This document shows positions 16,024-24,300 of a stretch of DNA of 44,181 nt, piece after piece. This DNA is from a virus (Duplodnaviria > Caudoviricetes). The translations under genes and the position numbers were made by a program. The stretch spans positions 1 to 44,181 of the IMG/VR virus record IMGVR_UViG_3300037742_000022; one strand, given 5' to 3'. Every line of letters starts with the position of its first letter. Position 1 is the first letter of the stretch. The notes beneath the pieces are model-generated. The model had not been told where the DNA came from, searched no databases, and saw nothing but the letters and a program-made list of their open reading frames with translations.

Positions 16024-18189
16024 TCACGATGTCGGCAGTGGCACGGCGGGCGGGGTGAAGTTCGCGGTGTAGCGGCACTCAGCCGTCAGGCGAACCCAGC
16101 TCACATGCCCGTCGACGTAGTTGTTCGCGCTCGGGTCGAAACGCCCGATCACGGCAACGGTGTCGGTCTTGTTGTGCGGGGTGACCGTGGTCGTGCCCCA
16201 CTGCACGCCATCGAGGAAGGCGCGATGCACGCCAGCGCCGTCGCAGGACACGGCCAGATGCACACGTTGCCCGATATAGGGCGTGGCATTGGGCCCGGTG
16301 TACATGGCCCCACCGCCCGTTGCGGGGTCGTAGTAACAGAAGCCACCCAGCACGATGCCGAGCACCATCTGGTTTCCAGAAATCGTGTCGAAGGCGTACT
16401 GGTTTGCGTTACTGTTGAACGTGACGTACATCTCCAGCGTGAACGGGCCGGTGCCGAGCGCCAGGCCGGCGATGGTGCCCGACGTGGCGTAGTCGCCCAC
16501 ACCGTCCAGCAGTAGTGCGCCATCGGGATAGTCCGGGTTGGACGTGTCAATCTGCGCATCGCCGAACGCCGTCCACGTCCCGCCCATGACATCCGTGATC
16601 GTCGTGCTGCCATCCGTGCCTTCCAGCGGCAGAAGGAACACGTTGTCGGCGAAGAACGGGTCGCTTGCAGTGATGGCGACACTTTGCGGGAAGGGCGCGC
16701 TTACCTCCGCGGAGCTGTCTTCGGCGTAGACATCGAACGCGAACGGCGAGCCGGTGTCGTCCGTCGGTGTGCCGTGCAGTTCGCCGTCGGTGTCCAGCAC
16801 CAATCCATCAGGCAATGTCCCGGTGGAGCTGAACGTGTATGGGCCGCCATCGCCGCCGGTGGCGCCATACATGTGCGAGTACGGAATCGACAGCCCGCCG
16901 TCCGGCGCGTCGTTCGTGACCGTGACCGGCGTCACTGTCGCCATTACGGTCGCCCCAACGACACCAGCCTCCGCAGTCCAATAGTCCGCAGTGAACACTT
17001 CGCCACCAGCGGCGGGCGTGTCCAGGTAGCGATACAGCCCCGTGCCGCTGTAGTCAGTTTGCGGGAGCCGAAGCCCGTCCTCGTACAGCGCCACGATGTC
17101 CATGTATGGCGCCTTGTCGAACTGGAATCTGTTGTTCCCTGCGGTCGCCACGATGTCGTCAACGCGATGGCTCAGCGGAGGGGGTGCGCTGCTGATGGCG
17201 CAAAACACCCAGTAACCTGGATCTGCCAGGCTCGTGTCATACACCCATCGGATTGTGATGGATGAGCCAGGCGCGATATTGTAGGTGACGCCGCCGGGCG
17301 TCACGATGTCGTCCTCCGGCTGCGTGGCGCCGCGGTGAATCACCTCTACTGGCGTCAGCGAAGTCGCGTCGTTGCTGATCGTGTACTGGCGCCCTTGTGA
17401 GCCTCCAATCAAACCAGAGACGCCCCATGTTCCGCCACCGCCGCCAGCATTGAGAAAAATGTGCGTGCCACTCATCTGCGTCCCGGCATCAACAACATTC
17501 ATCTCGCCGTAAAATGCGAAGCTATCGTTGCTTGAATAGCTGGTGTTCGTCAGCGCCAGCGCGCCAGCAGACCAGTCCTGCGTGACGCCCTTCGCGAAAG
17601 CGTTGTCTCCGCGCAGGACGGTTTCATCGGAAGGCGTGCCAGTGGCCGACAACGAGGCCGTCAGGTCGCCGAGCACGTATTCCAAGTCGATGAACGTGCT
17701 GTCCATCAGATCGAGTGCAGGAAGATCCGCAGGTGTCACCGCGCGCGTGCCTGTGACGCGACCGAAGCCGTCGCGGGTGATTGCAAGCAACGCCCCCGTG
17801 CCGCTGTCTGCGACGGTTGCAAGGTTGATGATGGGGTTGCCCGCGTCACCGGTCCCGTTCGTGACGACGATGTTGCCTGCCGTGCCTTCGATCGTGCGGA
17901 CCACCCAGTCGCCGGTCACCTGTCGGACGATGACGCCAGCCCCGGTCAGCGCCGCGGCCTCGATGATGTTCTGCGGCTTGCTCAGGACCGAGGCCCATGA
18001 CGTGAGGTAGACCTGGTTTATGACCTCCTCGGTGTCATCGGCCGTTTCCCCGGCAAGGTCCGCTTCCGTCACCAGCGAGCCATCAGGCCAATACAGATTG
18101 ACGCCGACCACGGCGCCGATCGTCGCGTCAGGCTCGATCTCGACGAACTGGTTGGGCTTGTTGAACCAGGGGACGCGGCGCTTGGCCAT
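16024..18189 (-). CDS. Tail fibre / receptor-binding protein with Ig-like and C-terminal LamG/ConA-like domains (721 aa)
   Basis: Start at MAKRRVPW; RDGFGRVTG fibre motif; Ig-like ATGG..PYTFSSTGTLPDGLVL..GELHGTPT; LamG-like GTGPFTLEMYV..HLAV..FLDG..RYTANFTPP. Confidence 0.8.
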   Translation of the reverse strand: MAKRRVPWFNKPNQFVEIEPDATIGAVVGVNLYWPDGSLVTEADLAGETADDTEEVINQVYLTSWASVLSKPQNIIEAAALTGAGVIVRQVTGDWVVRTIEGTAGNIVVTNGTGDAGNPIINLATVADSGTGALLAITRDGFGRVTGTRAVTPADLPALDLMDSTFIDLEYVLGDLTASLSATGTPSDETVLRGDNAFAKGVTQDWSAGALALTNTSYSSNDSFAFYGEMNVVDAGTQMSGTHIFLNAGGGGGTWGVSGLIGGSQGRQYTISNDATSLTPVEVIHRGATQPEDDIVTPGGVTYNIAPGSSITIRWVYDTSLADPGYWVFCAISSAPPPLSHRVDDIVATAGNNRFQFDKAPYMDIVALYEDGLRLPQTDYSGTGLYRYLDTPAAGGEVFTADYWTAEAGVVGATVMATVTPVTVTNDAPDGGLSIPYSHMYGATGGDGGPYTFSSTGTLPDGLVLDTDGELHGTPTDDTGSPFAFDVYAEDSSAEVSAPFPQSVAITASDPFFADNVFLLPLEGTDGSTTITDVMGGTWTAFGDAQIDTSNPDYPDGALLLDGVGDYATSGTIAGLALGTGPFTLEMYVTFNSNANQYAFDTISGNQMVLGIVLGGFCYYDPATGGGAMYTGPNATPYIGQRVHLAVSCDGAGVHRAFLDGVQWGTTTVTPHNKTDTVAVIGRFDPSANNYVDGHVSWVRLTAECRYTANFTPPAVPLPTS

Positions 18190-18701
18190 TACTTGCCCTG
18201 CATCACTCGGACGCCGGACTCTGCGGCGACTGCGGCCCATCCGTCGACGCACTCGTCGCGCTCGATCTGCAGCTCTCCGACCCATCCAAGAACTCGTTGC
18301 AGACTTTCGCGGCGTAGTCGGTCTTGTTCTGCAGCCTGGGCGGCGGTGGCTGCGTCAGCGGACAGTCGCCCGGTTTCACAGCCTGCCCACTGGCTGCGCA
18401 AGCGCACAGTGCCGTCGACAAGACCAGCAGCAATGCGATCCGCATTGGCCTGCACATTCTTCCTCTCCTGCTCGTGGTGTTCCTCGACGCCGCGCAGACG
18501 TGCCGCCTGTGCGATCTCGATGGCCCGAACGTCGGCCGCGCGGGCAATCGTTGCCAGCGCATCGGCCGCTTCGTACTCTGCGGTGCGCGCGTCGTAGCCT
18601 TCCCGGCGCACGTCAGCGCGCCACACCCCGTAGGCAAGCCATGCGCCAGCGACGATGCCGGCGACGATCAGGGCTTTGGCCCACAGGGGGATGATGGTCA
18701 T
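18189..18701 (-). CDS. Rz-like inner-membrane spanin (170 aa)
   Basis: N-terminal transmembrane segment WAKALIVAGIVAGAWLAYGVW, coiled coil, GTVRLR..C; contains an embedded lipoprotein ORF. Confidence 0.8.
   Translation of the reverse strand: MTIIPLWAKALIVAGIVAGAWLAYGVWRADVRREGYDARTAEYEAADALATIARAADVRAIEIAQAARLRGVEEHHEQERKNVQANADRIAAGLVDGTVRLRSQWAGCETGRLSADAATAAQAAEQDRLRRESLQRVLGWVGELQIERDECVDGWAAVAAESGVRVMQGK
18203..18445 (-). CDS. Rz1-like outer-membrane lipoprotein spanin (80 aa), nested in Rz
   Basis: MRIALLLVLSTALCAC lipobox and Pro-rich CPLTQPPPP, in an alternative frame inside Rz. Confidence 0.8.
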   Translation of the reverse strand: MRIALLLVLSTALCACAASGQAVKPGDCPLTQPPPPRLQNKTDYAAKVCNEFLDGSESCRSSATSASTDGPQSPQSPASE

Positions 18702-18910
18702 GCTGCCGCTCCGAATGCAGCCCTTACGCGCTTTTCGTTGTATCGGGCCTGATCGGGATCGATGGTGTAGTCCTGACACGCCTCGCACCAATGGCCCAGC
18801 AGTCCTTCAACAACCACGGACTGGTCATCCCGCTTGAACGTGCCCGCACGGGATCGTTCCTCGGTCATGCCCGTCTCGCAGATGCCGCATCGTGGGGCCA
18901 GCGTGAACAT
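18698..18910 (-). CDS. MqsA/YgiT-type zinc-ribbon protein without an HTH (70 aa)
   Basis: CGIC..GM....TF....VVVEGLLGHWCEAC....D pattern matches the MqsA N-terminal domain. Confidence 0.7.
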   Translation of the reverse strand: MFTLAPRCGICETGMTEERSRAGTFKRDDQSVVVEGLLGHWCEACQDYTIDPDQARYNEKRVRAAFGAAA

Positions 18911-19011
18911 CAGCCGCCCTTCGACTCGCTGCCAGCCACGACGCTGATGCCTTCGCCGTAGCCGGTGCAGAAGTCGCCGGTGGCTTGATCGATCACGGTT
19001 TCGGTGCTCAT
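18910..19011 (-). CDS. Possible 33-aa peptide
   Basis: MSTETVIDQATGDFCTGYG..; TGATG coupling to the next gene. Confidence 0.35.
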   Translation of the reverse strand: MSTETVIDQATGDFCTGYGEGISVVAGSESKGG

Positions 19012-19012
19012 G

Positions 19013-19777
19013 TCACTGCGCCTTGACGTTGATGTCGCATAGCGCGCCGGCCATGCAGGTATTGGCGTTCGGGTCGAACCCGGGTGGGCTGAAATGCACG
19101 CTGAGCCAGTACTTCACCCCCGCGGTGACGCGGCACTCGGCGATTGCTGCGGTCGGCCCGTAGTACAAGCGCCCTTCCCGGGCCGTGGCTTGGCACGCTG
19201 CGAACACGTCGCCGCGACACTGGCTGATCGTCACCGTTGCCGTGCGCGCGGGATTCGGCCACCCGTATCCGGCCGCCGGGATCGGCTGCACCTGTAGCCA
19301 GCGGATGTTGTGCGCCTTCGCGTCGGCGACGAACGAGGTCGTCAGGATCTTGCCGGCGACCGGCAGGCCCTGTTTCGACATGCTGTTGCGCAGAGTGAAC
19401 GATCCGACCGGTGCGAGGTATGACGGCGAGCTTGGTGCAGTGGCGCCGTAGAACATCTGCGCCCATGTCTTTTCCGTGACCTTGAACCCGTCGGGCACGC
19501 GGCAGGTCGGCGTGGTGGGCGGCACCGGCGCGGACTCGCGCTTGCACGCGCCCGACGCGTCCAGCACGCAATCGAATTTGGCCGTGGTGCCGTCGAGACA
19601 GACCAGCGCGCCGGGCTTGACCAGCACGGCCGTCTGGGTGTCGTTGAGCGCGTCCACTACCTTGACACCGCCCCAACACGTCGATGCGCTGGCCTCGAAC
19701 CCATCCTCGAACGGGAGCGCGGACGTGCCGAACAGGACCAGCAGGGAGGCGAGAGCGATGCGCGTGGTGTTCTTCAT
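19013..19777 (-). CDS. Secreted Cys-rich protein with an FEDGFE motif (254 aa)
   Basis: Signal peptide MKNTTRIALASLLVLFGTSA, then LPFEDGFE; 10 Cys; ATGA overlap with the holin. Confidence 0.75.
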   Translation of the reverse strand: MKNTTRIALASLLVLFGTSALPFEDGFEASASTCWGGVKVVDALNDTQTAVLVKPGALVCLDGTTAKFDCVLDASGACKRESAPVPPTTPTCRVPDGFKVTEKTWAQMFYGATAPSSPSYLAPVGSFTLRNSMSKQGLPVAGKILTTSFVADAKAHNIRWLQVQPIPAAGYGWPNPARTATVTISQCRGDVFAACQATAREGRLYYGPTAAIAECRVTAGVKYWLSVHFSPPGFDPNANTCMAGALCDINVKAQ

Positions 19778-20316
19778 TCGGATTCCTCGGGAGCTTGCAG
19801 GATGACGGGGGTTTCGGTTGGCTTTTCCGACGCCACCATCTGGTCGACGATGGCCGCCACTTCCTTGCGGGAATGCACCATCGCGGCAGGGATGATCTTG
19901 AACTTCACCATCACCCAACGCAATGCCGACATCGCGAACATGGGGCCACCGACCGCGCAGAGGAATGACAGAATCACGCCGTCTGCCCGACGCCCCATGA
20001 ACCAGGTAATCACCAGGCCCATGAGAAGCGTGATCAGCCCACTCAGGACGCGCACTCTGCTCTCGGCGATGGCCTTGTCGATGTCCTTGTGCATGAACCA
20101 TGGGTAGCCCACCCCGCACAGTCCGCCGAACAGGATCGAGCCAGCGCCGAGAATCGTTTTCCAGTCGCCTGCAATGCGCTCGACCACTCCCAGCGCGAAC
20201 ATGAAAAACGGCTCCACCAGCGGCCATTTCTCCAGCGCGCCGAACAGCAGCAGCAATCCGGCGGCGATGCTTGCCATCGTCCAGCGGGTAGCCATGGTTT
20301 TCTGCGTGTCGGTCAT
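19774..20316 (-). CDS. Putative holin (180 aa, about four transmembrane segments)
   Basis: Several hydrophobic segments; lies directly after the endolysin. Confidence 0.6.
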   Translation of the reverse strand: MTDTQKTMATRWTMASIAAGLLLLFGALEKWPLVEPFFMFALGVVERIAGDWKTILGAGSILFGGLCGVGYPWFMHKDIDKAIAESRVRVLSGLITLLMGLVITWFMGRRADGVILSFLCAVGGPMFAMSALRWVMVKFKIIPAAMVHSRKEVAAIVDQMVASEKPTETPVILQAPEESE

Positions 20317-20816
20317 TTCACGGCCTCGATGGCGGCGGCGTAGTGTCGCGCCCAGGCCTGCGGATGGGGGCGCCCCGGCCGCCAGTTTCGCAGATAGCAG
20401 TCCCACGCGCCGTCGGCGTCGCCGATCAGCGGCAGCGGGCGCGGATCGGCCCACAGCAGCAGGCGCGAGAATCCGGCGCACAGGATGTCGTCAAACTCCA
20501 GCCGCTGCCACACACTCATCTCGTCCCAATCCACGCGTCGCACGCGGCACAATTCCTTGGCGGCCTGCTGCGTGCTGGCGTGGCCCATGACACCGCGCAC
20601 GCCACCGCGGCGCTCGAACTGCCCGAGCCCGCGCGCGGGGCCGTTGCCGTGCTGCCGGCGGAACTCCAGATTGGACTCCTGCCCGAAAATGGCGACGATC
20701 ATCACGCGCGCGCGGATCGAATCCATCTTCTGCGGCAGCAGCATCAAAGCCGGCCCGACGATCCACCGGTGCGCGTCACGCGGCTTGATTGGGGTTGGCA
20801 GCAGCAAATCCATCAT
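20313..20816 (-). CDS. Putative endolysin (lysozyme/transglycosylase-like)
   Basis: AIFGQES..RRQ..GPARGLGQFE..RLLLWADPRPLP..YLRNWRPG; next to the holin and spanin genes. Confidence 0.75.
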   Translation of the reverse strand: MMDLLLPTPIKPRDAHRWIVGPALMLLPQKMDSIRARVMIVAIFGQESNLEFRRQHGNGPARGLGQFERRGGVRGVMGHASTQQAAKELCRVRRVDWDEMSVWQRLEFDDILCAGFSRLLLWADPRPLPLIGDADGAWDCYLRNWRPGRPHPQAWARHYAAAIEAVK

Positions 20817-21193
20817 TTCGTCTCATGTGATTTGATTTCCTTCCACAGCTCGACCATTGCCCGCTTGAACATCGGGCCGGCGCCGTCAGGCAAGGACTCG
20901 GCTAAGGTCTGTCCATTCGGGCCACTGGACATGTTGGAGACAACTCCGAAAAGCGCAGCGACCCTGTCGACGAGACGAAAGCAACTGCTCCTGTAGCTGT
21001 CGTGGTACACCAGCAAACTCTCCAACGCGTTCGCCAGGTTCTCGAACTCCGAAATCTTCTCCGCACCGTTGACTCGATGCGCCATGACCCGACGCGAAAC
21101 CTCCAGCATTTCCACGGCCCGCGCTCTGGCGTCGATCACTGTCGTCTCTCCTGCGGGATTCGTAAATGGCGTCGTGTGTGGCTGCATGTCCAT
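20813..21193 (-). CDS. Hypothetical protein (126 aa), lower-GC insert
   Basis: ATGA overlap with the endolysin; visibly more AT-rich codons. Confidence 0.6.
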   Translation of the reverse strand: MDMQPHTTPFTNPAGETTVIDARARAVEMLEVSRRVMAHRVNGAEKISEFENLANALESLLVYHDSYRSSCFRLVDRVAALFGVVSNMSSGPNGQTLAESLPDGAGPMFKRAMVELWKEIKSHETK

Positions 21194-21209
21194 CCATCAA
21201 AACGCCCTC

Positions 21210-21377
21210 ATGAGGTATGCTTTCGGCATGGGTGCAATCATCGGGTTACCAGTCGCGGTACTGTTCGGGATTGTCGCAGGATTCGCCATCGGCGGTTTGC
21301 TGCTCGGCTTGCCGCTGGTATGGGCTTGGATGTTCATTCGGCAGCACCTACCACGTCGCGCAGCCAGGCGGCGTTGA
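21210..21377 (+). CDS. Counter-oriented small membrane protein (55 aa)
   Basis: MRYAFGMGAIIGLPVAVLFGIVAGFAIGGLLLGLPLVWAWMF is almost entirely hydrophobic. Confidence 0.45.
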   Translation: MRYAFGMGAIIGLPVAVLFGIVAGFAIGGLLLGLPLVWAWMFIRQHLPRRAARRR

Positions 21378-24300
21378 ACTTCCGCTGCGCCTCCTCACGC
21401 TTCTTCGACTCGGCCAACATTTGCTTGTCGCGCGCGCGGGTTTCTGCAGTCGGAATCAGGCTGGCCGGCGTCTTGCCGTAGGCGTCACGCATCGCCTCAT
21501 TACGCGCACGCACGGCTTTCTCGGCGTCCTTGTAGGCGTCGAACATCGAGCCCGGCACAGCGACAACCTGCGGCCGACCGTCCGACACGATGATTGAGCC
21601 GGGCGCCTGCCCGTTCTGGCCCTTGTTCTTGCGCCGCCGGAAAGCGACGCCAGATAGCTCCGGGGATGCACGCAGCATCGCTTCCGCCTTCGCCTCGCCG
21701 TCGCGCTCGAAGGTGTCGCGCAGTCGCTCCAGCGATCGATTCAGCGCGTCGGAGCGTTCGTAGTAGAGGGACTGCTGCGCGGCCTGCTCGTTAACCTTGG
21801 TGGCGAAGCGCGAAACGATCGGCACGTCGCGCATCGTCACTGGCGCATCGCCCGCGGCCTTCTCGCCCAAGGTGGCCACGTCGATCACGAACTTGCCGGC
21901 GCCGCCGGTCACCTCGCCCAGCAGGTACTCGATGTCCTCCGGCGCGTGGTCAAACCACGACATCGGCGGCGGGGTGTATTCGTCGCCACCGCCCACACGG
22001 TTTAGCCCGGTGGCCGTGAGCTTGAACAGCTCCAGCGTGTCCGGCCGGCCGATGCTTGCACGAGGAACATCGAACTTGCCGTAGGGGTTCTCCTGCCGGA
22101 TCTGCCGGCCGAAGTCGTTGCGGTTCGTCTGGATGTTCGTCGGGATGCGCAGCACGGTAGGCAGGAAGCCCATCGCGCCGTCGCCGATCGGCACCGGCAT
22201 GAACGATTCCGTGGCAGCAGACAAGATATCCGCCGTCAGCTTGCCGGCGCGGTTCTCCGGCCGATCCTCATCGCTCACCACGGCAGCGGCAGTGCGGCCG
22301 GCCATGTAGGTGAACAGGTTGAATCCGTAGGGCATCGGGATCGTCAGGATGTGCTCACCACCCAGCGGCAGGACGATGTTGCGGCGCTTCACATGGTCCG
22401 GAACCTTGTTCCACATCGACTCGCCGTCGTCGTCTTCCATGCCGAGCATGGCCATGGTGCCGGCGACCTGGATGCCAGCCAGCGCGCCGAGGTAGGCGTA
22501 GACCTTTGGCTTGCGCAGAAGCGTGCCAGTGCGGACGGCGCCCTGCGTCGCTGCGTTGTAGAACAGGAACCACGCGTTTAGCGCAGACCCAGACGAGCCC
22601 TTTCGGTTGAAATTCACCGTCAGGTTCTTGGCGTAGATCGCCGCCTTGTCCACCGACATGCCGCGCTTGCGCAGCGTCACGTAGGCGCTCAAGCGCAGCG
22701 CGTTCTCGACAGAGTCGTTGACCGCGGCCACGGCGTCGCCGACCACCCGCGTCGCCCCGGCCAGGCCCGTGGGGGAATAGCCGGTCAGCCGGCCCTTGCC
22801 GATCTTCGCCTGCAAGTCCTCGACCGACGGCATCGAGACATAGCCCGTCTTGCCGCCCGCCTCCGCAAACTCGCGCGCCCACGTATCCCACACGCCCGTC
22901 CCGAGCCTGTTCGTGGCGCTGCGGAACGATGCGATCGCAGCCTTCGGGTAGTTCAGCGCGGCGTCCAGCGCGGCCAGCTCGCCATGCTCCACGGCCAAGC
23001 CCGTCAGTCCGAACAGCGCGTCACGCGATGCGTTGACCGGGACGAACGCCGGGTTGTACTGCGTCAGCACCGCGGAGAAATAGCGATTGATTTTTCCGGC
23101 CGCGCGCGTCACCGCGTTCAACTGGTCGATGCCGACGTTGTTGAGCGCCTGCGCGAGCGGCTGGTTGTTGATCTGCACCTTGTAGGTCTGGCCCTTGAGC
23201 TTGACCGCGACGATGCTCGGATCGCTCCAGTCCTGCACCACGGCCTCGTAGACCTCGCCGTTCGCATCGACCTTGCGTTCCGTCTGCACCGGCTCGACCT
23301 GCCACAGCGCCGGGTTCGGGTTCGCCAGTACGATCCGCATCACGGCGCGCCCGACCCGAGCCTTCTCAGCCAAGATGATGCCGCGTTGTGCGTCGCCGAT
23401 GACCTCGCCCAAGATGTTCTGTGCGCGGTTGCCGGCGCCGCGACCCAAGGCCTGCTGCACCGGGGAACGGCGGGTGTCGACGCCGCGCCCTGCACTGCCT
23501 CCGGCGTTCTGGAAATCGGTTTCCTTCGTCGCCTTGCCACGCAACGGGACGTAGTGCTTGTACTGCGCATCCATCGTGTCGAACGCTTCCTGCGTGATGA
23601 GCCCGGCATCGAGCAGGCGCTTGCGGTTGGCTCGCGTCATCGCGTCCACGCGCTTTGCCAGCGGCTCCAGCGCCGACCTATCGGCGGCCGCAAGGATCTT
23701 ATCGGCCTCCGCGTTCGTCATGCCAGAACCGCCGTCCTGCATCGCGTCGTTGATCGAGGCGATCTGCGCGTTGCGCTCCTTGGCGTGCCGCGCGTACAGG
23801 TATTCTTCCAGTGTCTCCGTCTTGACCTTGGCGTCGCGCATGGCCTTTACCAGCGGCTCGACCTGCGTGCGCTCCATGGCGTCGATGGCATTCGACACGC
23901 GGCCGTGCATCAGGTTCTCGACCTGGTAGACGTTCTGCACGTCCGGCAAGTCACGGCCAAGCTGCTCGGCAAGCTGGGACTGGACATCCGCCCATGCCGT
24001 CATCTTGTCCTGCAACACGGCGCGGGCGCGCTTCCTCGCGCCTTTGCGGCCTTCCCACACGGACTCGTCGTAGTTCCAGCCGGGGGTTCCACGCGCCACC
24101 GGGAGCACGCCAGCAGCGATGCCACGGCGCTGGTCGGCCTCGATCTCGGCCTGCGTGCGGGTGCGGCGGGATTCGAGCGGCGTCTGCGTCTGATCTGCCG
24201 AGGAATCCTCGGGGGGTGCGGCGCGCTCGCGCTCCATCCGCGCCCACACGGATTCCTGAATTTTCTGGCTGGCGCGCGTGCGTTCGCGGGCCTTGGCCGG

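Noticed and set aside
16024-16400. Diversity-generating retroelement target at the fibre C-terminus
   Set aside because: No reverse transcriptase and no template/variable repeat pair were seen.
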